Below, piece after piece: positions 27,763 to 37,304 of a DNA stretch of 58,448 nt. Where the stretch lies: positions 1 through 58,448 of the IMG/VR virus record IMGVR_UViG_3300037454_000478. The stretch is one strand, 5' to 3'. The stretch comes from a virus (taxonomy: Duplodnaviria > Heunggongvirae > Uroviricota > Caudoviricetes). The position numbers and the translations under genes were made by a program. The notes beneath the pieces are model-generated. The model did not search any database. It was given only the letters and a program-made list of their open reading frames with translations, and was not told where the DNA came from. The first letter of the stretch is position 1, and each line of letters opens with the position of its first letter.

Positions 27763-29097
27763 TTATTTTCCCAACGGGGCTAACTGGCTATCTTTTGGAA
27801 GGAACTTACCGGTGAGTCCCAAACGTGCTTGGTTCTCCACCCAGTATGGTTGAAGGTCTTCCGGAATATCGCAGCGGGTGCTATCCAGTGTTTTCAAGTA
27901 GATATCATATACATGATTGAGAGTGACCTTATCAACATGGGCACGGAGATACTCCTGAAGTTTGTGGTAGTTGGATAATGTCTTTTCATCAATATTGAAA
28001 TTATACAATTCGTTGAGTTTATCAATGGCTTCTTTCGGATTTGTGGCGACCCATTCAAGAGTTTCCTTGTTTTGGATACCTTTATTGTGTTTGAACATAA
28101 ATCCCTTGGCTGCAAAGAGGTGGAGCATCAATTGGGTACGATGTAACCCCTTAACATTACCCGCATAAGAATCGCTGTAGTATGCGAATTTCAACCAGTC
28201 GATATTGCCAAAATTGGTATCAATCTGCACGGTCTTACCGTTGGGTTTGCCATCCTGACCTATTTGATCGAATAGGCTAAACAATACACCGTTGCCGGAT
28301 GATTTCGAATCGGTAGTAATGAGTTTGGAATTTGCATTGATGTAATCACCAATACCTTTGATAATTGCCCTACGCATAACATCTTGTGGAGTGGCGGTAC
28401 GGGCACGCTTGAGCATAGTATTGTAATCTGCGGAGATTTTTTGTGGATCGAGACCCCAATCCTCCGGATTTTTAAGACCGGCTTCATCGATGGCAATATC
28501 AATATCACCGGAGAAATCCTTTTTACCTACAGAACCGAGGGTAACAGGATTATCCCAATACTGGGCGACTTTTGGGAATAAACGTTTGATTTCAGCCAAC
28601 CATGCATCAAGTGTTGGTTTGATATCCTCCTTTGCGATAGGATCAGAACCTTCTCCAAACACATGGCCACCTTCATTGAGGTTGGTAACTTCACAACAGG
28701 TCTTAACGTTAAGTATACGACCTTCGGTGAGGTTCATGTTGATCGTAGGAGTGACACGGCCCACCAAATAGGTACGATCATTATCACGTTCGAGACCATG
28801 AACCCATATGCTTTCACCAACCATCATATTGTTCAACGCTTCATTGAGGGAAGTGGTTTCAAAAGCAACCTCAAAGAATCCCTCTGTAAGCTCTTCGGGG
28901 ATCAAACGTTCATTAAGGCCGAAAACAGTGTTATGGGTATCGTAATGTTCAACAAAATTGCTGACAAATTCTTTAAGCTCGGCCATCTTATTGTTGGATT
29001 CCATGATTTGTTGAATCGTGGATTTTTGCTGGGTATAACCAATACCCTGACCGGCACGATTACGGTTCATTAGGTGGAAAGCGAGATAGTTATTCAT
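27763..29097 (-). CDS. Pol-beta-superfamily nucleotidyltransferase with N-terminal extension
   Basis: LGSVGKKDFSGDIDIAID and VQID; N-terminal region has several L/I-x-E sites. Confidence 0.75.
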   Translation of the reverse strand: MNNYLAFHLMNRNRAGQGIGYTQQKSTIQQIMESNNKMAELKEFVSNFVEHYDTHNTVFGLNERLIPEELTEGFFEVAFETTSLNEALNNMMVGESIWVHGLERDNDRTYLVGRVTPTINMNLTEGRILNVKTCCEVTNLNEGGHVFGEGSDPIAKEDIKPTLDAWLAEIKRLFPKVAQYWDNPVTLGSVGKKDFSGDIDIAIDEAGLKNPEDWGLDPQKISADYNTMLKRARTATPQDVMRRAIIKGIGDYINANSKLITTDSKSSGNGVLFSLFDQIGQDGKPNGKTVQIDTNFGNIDWLKFAYYSDSYAGNVKGLHRTQLMLHLFAAKGFMFKHNKGIQNKETLEWVATNPKEAIDKLNELYNFNIDEKTLSNYHKLQEYLRAHVDKVTLNHVYDIYLKTLDSTRCDIPEDLQPYWVENQARLGLTGKFLPKDSQLAPLGK

Positions 29098-29102
29098 ATA
29101 TA

Positions 29103-29840
29103 TTATGTTCTCTTTTTCTTGTTATAATTACTTGAATTCTTTGAACGCAACTCATTTATGATGATATTTTCAATGCGGCTACCACAGGTTGTTACAGCAC
29201 CATAATCAACCATGTCCTCATTTGCATACATGAACATCATGGTACCTGCACATATTCCATCAATGGTTATGTTGTAAAATACAATATATTGCGTATGCTC
29301 GTTTGGGTGAATCCTGCCCAACATACCCGGGTCAATCGCAAACGCGTCCTCCAGCGATATAGAGGTCATCTTGTGGTTCATTACGGCATCCGTAAGCAAC
29401 ATATCCCATTTCCATATTGTTTCGTCCTTGAAATCTTCGACCGGTAATACTGGAACGGTGTCGCTACGAACACTGATGGATACATCGAATTTGCAGTATT
29501 GATATCCGGTTGAAATGTTTTCGCTACCGTTATGGTAATCCAAAAACAGAATGTAATCTGCATTTGTACGTGGTCGTTCCGCTCTCATCATTGATTTTAC
29601 CGAGGAGTACAAATCGCGGGACTCCATCCAAAGATTTTGGTGAATTTCAAATTGTTCGACTTTATCGTCTTGGATTTCCTGTCCTACACCACGGATTATT
29701 CTATCCGCATAACCGGTTAAAAAGGAAATCATTATAATAACAAGGGCGACAGATACAAAAGTGCGGTAAACCCCCTCTTTACTCACTTTCTTGGACATCC
29801 AATCCACAAGATTTTTAAAAAACTCAACTAATTGATGCAT
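29103..29840 (-). CDS. single-TM protein with predicted periplasmic domain, possible T4 gpT-type holin
   Basis: One TM segment (FVSVALVIIMISFL) followed by a soluble domain with YHNG; role inferred from topology. Confidence 0.5.
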   Translation of the reverse strand: MHQLVEFFKNLVDWMSKKVSKEGVYRTFVSVALVIIMISFLTGYADRIIRGVGQEIQDDKVEQFEIHQNLWMESRDLYSSVKSMMRAERPRTNADYILFLDYHNGSENISTGYQYCKFDVSISVRSDTVPVLPVEDFKDETIWKWDMLLTDAVMNHKMTSISLEDAFAIDPGMLGRIHPNEHTQYIVFYNITIDGICAGTMMFMYANEDMVDYGAVTTCGSRIENIIINELRSKNSSNYNKKKRT

Positions 29841-30007
29841 GTTTTTCGTTTTTTTCCTTCATTGTTTTTGTTGATAAAATAATAAGTGAATTTTTTGGTA
29901 ACCAAAAACCACCAAAAAACCATATATGTATAATACGAAAATAAGTTTCATAAATTCATATATTGTTAATAGGAGTAATCCAAGGCTCAAAAGAAACATG
30001 ATATCAT

Positions 30008-30607
30008 ATGTCAAAACTCATAACGGTCGAAAAGGTACTCGGTGTAGATCAATCCATTAACTGCACCGGAGTATGTCTCCACACAATAGAAACAGACCAT
30101 TCCGGAAAAAAACCTCAAGAGTTCCATTCGTATCAATATTGGTTGATCCCGGCAAATACCAAATGCACAAAGAAAATGGCGGCTTTCAGTAATCCATGGA
30201 TCACCATCGATCCGTATAAGAAAATGGAAGGTGAGGATTATTCCGGTAAAGAAGCGGCGAAGACCATGAATATTTATGCGATTTGTGACATTATCGAATC
30301 CATAATTCAAACGGAAAAACCGGATACATTGGTCATGGAAGGTATCTCATACGGTAGCCGTGGTAGTGCATCATTGGTGGATCTTGCTGGTCTCAATTAT
30401 TGCATCCGTATGATGGCCATCCGCCGGGGTCTCGGTATGGTTATTGTATCACCAACCAGCCTTAAAACCCGGGCTACCGGTAACGGAGGAGCTGAAAAGG
30501 AGGAAATGGTATGGGCATGGAAGCAATGCGACAAAAATATAGCGAATGTAAAGGAAATCAAAATTGATGACCTTGCTGATGCATTCTTTTTAAGTAATTG
30601 TCAATAA
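30008..30607 (+). CDS. ruvC: RuvC-like Holliday junction resolvase
   Basis: VLGVDQSINCTG, VMEG, DDLADAF catalytic acidic set. Confidence 0.85.
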   Translation: MSKLITVEKVLGVDQSINCTGVCLHTIETDHSGKKPQEFHSYQYWLIPANTKCTKKMAAFSNPWITIDPYKKMEGEDYSGKEAAKTMNIYAICDIIESIIQTEKPDTLVMEGISYGSRGSASLVDLAGLNYCIRMMAIRRGLGMVIVSPTSLKTRATGNGGAEKEEMVWAWKQCDKNIANVKEIKIDDLADAFFLSNCQ

Positions 30608-30622
30608 ATAAATTATATTCAT

Positions 30623-31600
30623 ATGGGAGACGAAAACACAAAAGGGATAACCACAGTTAATGGTGGCTCCCCAAAATTAGGCCCGGGTTCAAATATACAT
30701 GGTGAACAATGTTGGCCCGGCCCACAAGGTCAACCAGGGAAAGTTGATCCCGATTTTGATTATACAAAATTATCGAAGTTCCGTTGTGTACTCGTTGGCA
30801 ATAAGCAATATGATCAACTTGTTGATGGAAACTTATATCTTGTATATCGTAAACATGAGCAAACCGGCGAACCAACATATTCATTATGTACGTATGAAAA
30901 TGGATGTTGGATCCCTTACGGTATCATCGAATCAGTCAAGAGACTACCGTGGTTTACCGGTGTACCTGTCGATGATACGGATTACTGGATTGGTGTGAAT
31001 GAATTGTTCCAAAACATCGATAATCCCGAGGAACCGGAAGAACCTGAAAAACAAAATCCCGAAGAGGAATCCGAGAAAAAGGAAACCGTCCAAGAATACG
31101 TCCAGCGCCGTCTCGATGAAATTGATAAAGAGGAAACGGAGCGAGCCCGTCAGGCCAAAGAAGATGAAATGAAACGAGAAATGGCCGGCGAATTTATACC
31201 GAGGGGTATGCCTATAACTCCAAGTCCGGAAAGCCAAGGTATTAGAGCCCTTGATAGAAAGTTTGAGGTATTGATGGAGTTCATCCAAAAAATGTACGAT
31301 GAGATAATCGATGATCCGGTAATCGAAAAGAATTGGGAACACATCAAGACGCTTACGAATGATATGCTTGATCGCATCAGTGAACTTGAAGAAAAAGCGA
31401 AAAATCAGCCATTCATTCCGTTCCCATGTATTCCGGTTGAACCTATATCGCCGATAACACCCGGCTATCCAAACCCTAATCCATCTGTACCCGGATATCC
31501 GTTTGGCCCGATCATCACCTATAGTGTTCCCGGCCAAGGCCCAATGTGTTCATTTACATCCACGCCATCGGTTGGATTTGGTGTACCCGGTAAGAAATGA
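30623..31600 (+). CDS. hypothetical protein with E/K-rich middle and Pro-rich C-terminus
   Basis: EEPEEPEKQNPEEESEKKE; PIS PIT PGY PNP NPS VPG YPF. Confidence 0.72.
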   Translation: MGDENTKGITTVNGGSPKLGPGSNIHGEQCWPGPQGQPGKVDPDFDYTKLSKFRCVLVGNKQYDQLVDGNLYLVYRKHEQTGEPTYSLCTYENGCWIPYGIIESVKRLPWFTGVPVDDTDYWIGVNELFQNIDNPEEPEEPEKQNPEEESEKKETVQEYVQRRLDEIDKEETERARQAKEDEMKREMAGEFIPRGMPITPSPESQGIRALDRKFEVLMEFIQKMYDEIIDDPVIEKNWEHIKTLTNDMLDRISELEEKAKNQPFIPFPCIPVEPISPITPGYPNPNPSVPGYPFGPIITYSVPGQGPMCSFTSTPSVGFGVPGKK

Positions 31601-31708
31601 CCTGTTACATACATTTTTTGTGGGTAACCGGTAATTTATGACCTGTTATATATAAAAAAGGCATAACTATTATTAATTAGGAAAACGCACAAATAAACTT
31701 TTTTAGTT

Positions 31709-32065
31709 ATGAGTCTTCAAACATTTTTAGTGTACTTTGGTACATTTGCTGCATTCGTAGCCGGTGTAACTACTTTTACGGAGTTCTTCAAGAACCTTTT
31801 TAAGGTCACCAAGAAGGGTTGGATGATCGCTATTGCATGGATCCTCGCTATCGCCGGTTCCGTGGCTGGTTTCTACTTCCAACTTGGTTTCTTCGCTGAA
31901 TATGGTACTCCTGACATGTGGCAAGGATGGTTAATGACTGGTCTTACCGGTATTGGTGCAGGTATTGCTGCTAACGGTCTCTACGACCAAGACGCCATCG
32001 AATCAATTGTGAAGTGGATTTGGTCGTTCATGAAACCAAAGCAATCACAGATCATCAACGAGTAA
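31709..32065 (+). CDS. putative holin (3 TM)
   Basis: Three hydrophobic helices; GIGAGIAANGLYD end resembles phage holins. Confidence 0.6.
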   Translation: MSLQTFLVYFGTFAAFVAGVTTFTEFFKNLFKVTKKGWMIAIAWILAIAGSVAGFYFQLGFFAEYGTPDMWQGWLMTGLTGIGAGIAANGLYDQDAIESIVKWIWSFMKPKQSQIINE

Positions 32066-32089
32066 CCAGCGGCAACACATCAAAAAAAG

Positions 32090-32120
32090 AAAAGACCATC
32101 GGGAAACCGGTGGTTTTTTA
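32090..32120 (+). terminator. intrinsic terminator
   Basis: AAGACCATCGG-GAAA-CCGGTGGTTTT followed by T. Confidence 0.7.
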
Positions 32121-32170
32121 TTTTGTTGTATTTTGTTGTATTTTATAGAAAAAGTACATCGCGAGCGAAT

Positions 32171-32542
32171 ATGAAATCACTACATGAATATCTTGATGAA
32201 TCGGTCACAGAATCCAAAGCAACATTTACCGCAAAAGAAATGGATAAAATCTGCAAAGATCAATCCAACATCAAAAAGATTGCCAATGAAATTGGCGTAC
32301 CCGAGGATTTTGTAAAGGATGTTTTGGGATACATTTCTGCAATTTGTCATGATACGGAAAAATATGCAGGTATCACCAACCAATCGAAAGAAGAATTTAT
32401 CGATTATCTCAAGGATGAGGATGAATTTGTTGAGAATTGCATGGGAGAATATGATATCTATAACACATGGGGGAAGAAAATTGACCTTGAGGATAAACTT
32501 GCAAAACTTGGAAACTATTTTGCTGATACTTTCCTCCAGTAA
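32171..32542 (+). CDS. putative internal virion protein (CTS-like N-terminus)
   Basis: Likely start MKSLHEYLDESVTES at 32171. Confidence 0.7.
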   Translation: MKSLHEYLDESVTESKATFTAKEMDKICKDQSNIKKIANEIGVPEDFVKDVLGYISAICHDTEKYAGITNQSKEEFIDYLKDEDEFVENCMGEYDIYNTWGKKIDLEDKLAKLGNYFADTFLQ

Positions 32543-32567
32543 ACATTGTTAGATAAGTAATTCGGAT

Positions 32568-32613
32568 AAAATGGGTGGGATCGTGTTAAGATTCCGCCCA
32601 TTTTCTTTATCTA
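32568..32613 (+). promoter_or_regulatory. promoter-like motif embedded in a terminator-like hairpin
   Basis: GTTAAG 32585-N17-TATCTA; stem AAAATGGGTGGGA/TTCCGCCCATTTT. Confidence 0.7.
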
Positions 32614-32640
32614 TAAATGTAAAACTTAAACATCTAAATC

Positions 32641-33213
32641 ATGACAAGAAACGAAGCCCTGGATAAAATCCGCAAAGTGTACGAACTGGCCAACCGTGGT
32701 GTTGGTGGCGAAAAGGATGCTGCTAAAGCTCGCTTGGATGAGCTCATGAAGAAATATGGTATCACGTTAGAGGAACTCGATAGCGAGGCTGAAACTGTCC
32801 ATTATTACCACCTCCACGGAAATAGCAATCACGAGATTTTTGCGCAGGTATCTGCCACTCGTGGATGTACGCATTTCGTATTTGTTGGACCACATGATAA
32901 CACCAAGGCATCAAAACAACTCAAGGGCATGCTGCACGATAAACCACATGGTGCAAATGTAGCGTTCGTGTGTTCGCCAATTAAGTTTGTGGAGATCACA
33001 ACCGCCTACGAGGTTTATCAGCGTTCTTTCGATGAACATTTTGAATCCTTCTTCTATGCATTTCTTGCGGAAAATGATCTATTCTACGGCACCGCCGATA
33101 AAAATAGGGAGATTACCGAGAAGGAACGCCGCATGCTCAATCGTGCACAAATGATGATGCTTGGAATCGAAAGAGCAGAGGTTCACAAACAACTGCAGGA
33201 GAAAAACGAATAA
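32641..33213 (+). CDS. DUF2786-domain protein
   Basis: KIRKVYELANRGVGGEKDAAKARLDELMKKYGI. Confidence 0.8.
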   Translation: MTRNEALDKIRKVYELANRGVGGEKDAAKARLDELMKKYGITLEELDSEAETVHYYHLHGNSNHEIFAQVSATRGCTHFVFVGPHDNTKASKQLKGMLHDKPHGANVAFVCSPIKFVEITTAYEVYQRSFDEHFESFFYAFLAENDLFYGTADKNREITEKERRMLNRAQMMMLGIERAEVHKQLQEKNE

Positions 33214-33237
33214 AAAAGGCCCTCGAGAGGGCCTTTT
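33212..33237. terminator. bidirectional intrinsic terminator
   Basis: AAAAGGCCCT-CGAG-AGGGCCTTTT between convergent genes. Confidence 0.85.
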
Positions 33238-33257
33238 GTTTTTATAGTTATTGACGT

Positions 33258-33620
33258 TTACTTGTTGTCCTGCATATTCTGCCGGTTTTTTAGATTCCAA
33301 GTTAAATCCCAAGCGTTGAATGTGCAGAACACGATAACACTGCCTCCCGGATCCAATTCGGAAGCCTTGTATTCGGTCTGCAACTCCTTGATTGATTTTG
33401 TTGTTGAGAAACCAAAGATCGATTTCATGGTCTTATCAACCCAATTCAATACCTTTTCATCATCGGTGAGTACATGGACATGATATACGGTTGGTCTCGT
33501 CCGGAAGCATGCTAACTTAACCACATTTTCGAGATGGGCGGCTTTGACACATTTTGTGAATTTAGCCGTTTTTGCGGACGATTCAGCCGATTCGATAATA
33601 TATTCAAATAGTGTCTTCAT
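33258..33620 (-). CDS. putative internal virion protein (CTS-like N-terminus)
   Basis: Starts MKTLFEYIIESAES. Confidence 0.72.
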   Translation of the reverse strand: MKTLFEYIIESAESSAKTAKFTKCVKAAHLENVVKLACFRTRPTVYHVHVLTDDEKVLNWVDKTMKSIFGFSTTKSIKELQTEYKASELDPGGSVIVFCTFNAWDLTWNLKNRQNMQDNK

Positions 33621-34108
33621 TACTTTAACGATTCAGTTACCACAAGGTTGGCTTGGGCTTCCGCCTCGTCTTTTTGTTTATAAAGGGCGGCAAGTTCTGC
33701 TTCTTTACCTTCGATAGCCTTCAATAGGCCCGGAAGACGAGTGTTACCAAGATTATTGACGTATTGTTGGATGGCCTCTTTTGATGTACCAATGTAGAAA
33801 TCTTCGCCATATTCACGAAGGCTTATTACTTGACAACGATCATCACTATAATCGATCGTTGAAAAATGGTGTTGACCGTAACTTTCAAGACCGTATTTAT
33901 TTGAGGAAAGTTTGATTTCTGCAACGAAACTTTTGTTACCTCCTCCATACATTTTTGTGCGGATGATTTCAGTAACACTGGCCGGAACAGCAACCGAATC
34001 ACCAAACTTTAGGATATATACGGTAGAACCTTTGCGTGGAAGGTGTGCATTCTTTGCGGCGGCTTCCGTAATAAGATTTTCCGAAATGTGTTCTTGTAAT
34101 GTTTTCAT
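33620..34108 (-). CDS. putative internal virion protein (CTS-like N-terminus)
   Basis: Starts MKTLQEHISENLITEA; ends LVVTESLK. Confidence 0.72.
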   Translation of the reverse strand: MKTLQEHISENLITEAAAKNAHLPRKGSTVYILKFGDSVAVPASVTEIIRTKMYGGGNKSFVAEIKLSSNKYGLESYGQHHFSTIDYSDDRCQVISLREYGEDFYIGTSKEAIQQYVNNLGNTRLPGLLKAIEGKEAELAALYKQKDEAEAQANLVVTESLK

Positions 34109-34140
34109 AATTATTTGATGTAAATTTTTTCACAAAATAT

Positions 34141-34659
34141 TTATTTAATATCCTTTACTGGTTCCTTACTTGTCATACCATTGCTACGCATGATATGTTT
34201 ACCGGAAACATTTTCGATATCAAGACCATGTTGGGCATCCACCATCTTTGGAAGGTTATCGTATGTGAGGGTAAGTTTTTTGTTTTTGTCAATGTAGGAC
34301 ATTTGTCCACCTTTTCCATCACTAAACATTTGATAACCACCAAATTCAAGTTTTTCAAGATTTACGTTTTTACGGATTGAACAAAACATATTATCGCCGG
34401 ATCCACCGATGATCTCCACGAGTTTATTACATTGGATGACATCTATACGGATTGTCTTACATTGACATCCGGTAAAATCGATGACTTCAACTTTGGTATC
34501 CTTATCAATATACACTTCCGCATAATCGGCTTGGCCTGTTACAACGATTTTCTTTGCATTACCCGAGTATATATTTTTACCGTTTTTAATCTCAAACGTG
34601 GTTTCCTGTTCAACCGCCTCGTTTAATTGCTCCGTGATATATTCCACTAATGTTTTCAT
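34141..34659 (-). CDS. putative internal virion protein, possible LRR/beta-solenoid
   Basis: Starts MKTLVEYITEQLNEA; repeated hydrophobic-strand/Cys/Asn pattern. Confidence 0.7.
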   Translation of the reverse strand: MKTLVEYITEQLNEAVEQETTFEIKNGKNIYSGNAKKIVVTGQADYAEVYIDKDTKVEVIDFTGCQCKTIRIDVIQCNKLVEIIGGSGDNMFCSIRKNVNLEKLEFGGYQMFSDGKGGQMSYIDKNKKLTLTYDNLPKMVDAQHGLDIENVSGKHIMRSNGMTSKEPVKDIK

Positions 34660-34680
34660 CGTATTTGAATCCGATATTTT

Positions 34681-35121
34681 TTATTGGAGTTTATCAAGCA
34701 TATCAGCAAATAATGCGAGCTTTTCCTTATCGCACATGATTACACTTATTGCCAAGTCACCGGAGCGATCATTATTGAATTTGCCGGTAACATCCTTGTC
34801 ATCAATTTTGATGTATGCAAATGGATTGGCAAAGAAACTGTTGAATATGAATTCAATCACGTGGTTATTGAGTTCATATAAAATGGAGTATCTCTTTGCA
34901 TCTATACGGGAGTAACCCATCTTTATATCTTCCGTTCTAACCTCCCGGAACTTAATAGGGAGTTTCCACATCAAATCAATCATGAGGTAATCACTCAAAC
35001 CCTTGAAATATTCCAGGGTGTTATATCCATACCTCTGTTTGATTTCTTGGTTAAACTGCTTCCAGTTGGTTACCTTCTGTTTACGGCCTTCAGTGATGAT
35101 ATAATCTATGAGTGATTTCAT
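34681..35121 (-). CDS. putative internal virion protein (CTS-like N-terminus)
   Basis: Starts MKSLIDYIITEG. Confidence 0.72.
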   Translation of the reverse strand: MKSLIDYIITEGRKQKVTNWKQFNQEIKQRYGYNTLEYFKGLSDYLMIDLMWKLPIKFREVRTEDIKMGYSRIDAKRYSILYELNNHVIEFIFNSFFANPFAYIKIDDKDVTGKFNNDRSGDLAISVIMCDKEKLALFADMLDKLQ

Positions 35122-35456
35122 ATATTAAGGTCTTTTTTATTTAATTTAACCACCTTGTTACAAGATATTTGTTCAAGGTATTGGGATGAATCTTCTTCAG
35201 TCTCACCCAAATTAGGATTGGCCGACCATAACTGGCAGAATTTTCCACGTTTCTTGGTATATACACCAATACGAAGGCCATTTTCGGAGAAAACCAACAC
35301 CGGATCACCTTGCTGAAGTGGCTGTCCCAAACAATCCGCTCCACCATCAGTGGTATTGTATTGATGGTCTTTCAAAGACTTTGCAATTTCGAATGGTGTA
35401 AGGTCTTCGTTTATGTTGAATGTACCTTCATTAAGATATTCCTGTAAGGGTTTCAT
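35118..35456 (-). CDS. putative internal virion protein with SH3/KOW-like domain
   Basis: Starts MKPLQEYLNEG; DCLGQPLQQGDPVLV. Confidence 0.72.
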   Translation of the reverse strand: MKPLQEYLNEGTFNINEDLTPFEIAKSLKDHQYNTTDGGADCLGQPLQQGDPVLVFSENGLRIGVYTKKRGKFCQLWSANPNLGETEEDSSQYLEQISCNKVVKLNKKDLNI

Positions 35457-35457
35457 A

Positions 35458-37146
35458 TTAGATGATCTTTAATTTATCAATTTCCTGTGTAAGGATATGG
35501 GTTTGATATGGCGATACAAGGTATCCAAGCCAAGCCATCATCTCACGGTTGAGAAGTACGTTGGATGATTTACCGTCACGGTTTTCCACAAGGGCCATCG
35601 GTACATCGTTGAGTTTACGAAGTCCGAGCTTGATGGATTTAATATGGATGATCGGACGGTTATTCTTTTGGGTTCCGGTTACAGCCTTGCTGTATCCATA
35701 AATCTTTTCCGTATACTTCTTACCATTGAAGGTAAATGTTACGTTTTCGCCATTTGTTTCCATATTACCAACCTCCATGTGGGAAGCTATAGCACCGTTT
35801 CCGGTATCGAGTTTGGCAAGGAGTGAAAGTGGCTTACCGTCACCGATTGTGATATCCACAGTTTCCATATATCCGGCGGTTTTATCCTGTAGATAGAACT
35901 CTTTAGGTTCATCCAATTCATTCAATAGGATGTTAATGAAGTTATGCTTGATGACCTCCGAGATACCATCGGTACCCGGGCTGGCATTCAATTCAAGAAC
36001 CACATTATCTCCGATTTCCGGATTGGAACCCTTTACAAGCGGCATAATATCCACGGCACACCATGGAAGGTGGGAGATCTTTGCGGCCTTGAGGGCGATC
36101 TGCTCCTGTTCCGGGGTGAGTTTCACCGGCTCGGCTTCCGCACCCAGGGATACGTTGGAACGGAAATCACCACCAATCTTAACACGTTTCATGGCAGCAA
36201 GTATAAGCTGACGGTCGCGAAGGGTAAGCACATGGACACGGATATCACCTCCATCGGCCTCCTCCTTCTTTTGTATAATGAGCTGACGTTCTTCATCAAT
36301 GGCGAATATTGCCTGAAGGATGGCTATGAGTTTCTTTCCGTCACAGGTGAATACACCGGTACCACCATGGCCATCAAGAATCTTAACCACCAAGTCAAAT
36401 TCCTCATTTTTATCAGAATCCTTGTCCCATTTTGGATATACCTGTTTCATGTTCTCCATGAATAGTTTTTCATCATAGAGAATATCCTTGGTCATCAGGC
36501 AGAAATTCGGTTGAGGAATCTCGGCTTTTTGAAGGAGAACCGCGGTATCGTATTTGTTGGATGCAAGTTCCGAATAACGAACCGGATTCAACACAAGGAA
36601 ACCACGATCCTGAAGCATACCAACCACATGTTCGCAGTTGTCCTCACCTTGAACTCCGAGACGGGAGAATACCAAGGTATTGGTGTTGTTGAGGTCTTCG
36701 AAATCCAACGTGTTATCACCATCGGTAATCGAGAGGATGTTATCATCATCCGTATCGAATGTCATATTTTCCGCGATAAATACGTGAACTTTTGGAGTAA
36801 CTGCGGAGGTTTTCTTCAATGCTGCAACTGCATCGTAAAGGTTTTTGAGGGTCTTGTTGTTTTTCGGGTCATCATCGTTTGTGAAAATAATGATGTGCTC
36901 AAAAATATTGGTCAATTCCTTATCAAGATCCGCATATTTTACTTCAAGTTCATCATTTGGATTGTTTGGATTGCCTTTTTCGTCATCCTTGTTGGCGGGT
37001 TTATCTTTGCCTTCGGTTTCCTCCTCTTCCGGTTTCTTCTTTGACTCATCAAGTTTCGCGCGGGAAGCTTCATTTACGGATTCAACCAAACGGCGAGCTT
37101 CATCCTCATCCTTAATTTGATCGTAACGTATTTCGTTAATGTCCAT
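35458..37146 (-). CDS. rimK: RimK-like ATP-grasp ligase fused to a C-terminal retropepsin-like (RimK/LysX-associated) protease domain
   Basis: SNKY, VVKILDGHGGTGV, GDIRVHV, DFRSNVSLG, AVDI, VLELNASPG; C-terminal AKLDTGN. Confidence 0.85.
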   Translation of the reverse strand: MDINEIRYDQIKDEDEARRLVESVNEASRAKLDESKKKPEEEETEGKDKPANKDDEKGNPNNPNDELEVKYADLDKELTNIFEHIIIFTNDDDPKNNKTLKNLYDAVAALKKTSAVTPKVHVFIAENMTFDTDDDNILSITDGDNTLDFEDLNNTNTLVFSRLGVQGEDNCEHVVGMLQDRGFLVLNPVRYSELASNKYDTAVLLQKAEIPQPNFCLMTKDILYDEKLFMENMKQVYPKWDKDSDKNEEFDLVVKILDGHGGTGVFTCDGKKLIAILQAIFAIDEERQLIIQKKEEADGGDIRVHVLTLRDRQLILAAMKRVKIGGDFRSNVSLGAEAEPVKLTPEQEQIALKAAKISHLPWCAVDIMPLVKGSNPEIGDNVVLELNASPGTDGISEVIKHNFINILLNELDEPKEFYLQDKTAGYMETVDITIGDGKPLSLLAKLDTGNGAIASHMEVGNMETNGENVTFTFNGKKYTEKIYGYSKAVTGTQKNNRPIIHIKSIKLGLRKLNDVPMALVENRDGKSSNVLLNREMMAWLGYLVSPYQTHILTQEIDKLKII

Positions 37147-37211
37147 ATATAAATTATGTCTTTTATTCCGTAGTTAAATAATAAAAAAATTCATCACAAA
37201 TCAAAAAGCAA

Positions 37212-37240
37212 CTTAAAATTGATATCCGGTCGTCTATATT
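37212..37240 (+). promoter_or_regulatory. variant promoter-like motif upstream of SSB
   Basis: CTTAAA-N17-TATATT. Confidence 0.4.
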
Positions 37241-37304
37241 ATTGTGTTAAGATAAACTTGCAAGTATCTTCACAAATAACTTTTCAAAAAAACTCTTTTC
37301 AAGT

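Noticed and set aside
30944-31537. 197 aa minus-strand ORF
   Set aside because: Shadow of the E/K/P-rich gene at 30623-31600; its F/R/I-rich composition mirrors those codons.
32119-32144. Short tandem repeat TATTTTGTTG x2.6
   Set aside because: Too short and low in complexity to assign a function; probably slippage in a terminator tail.
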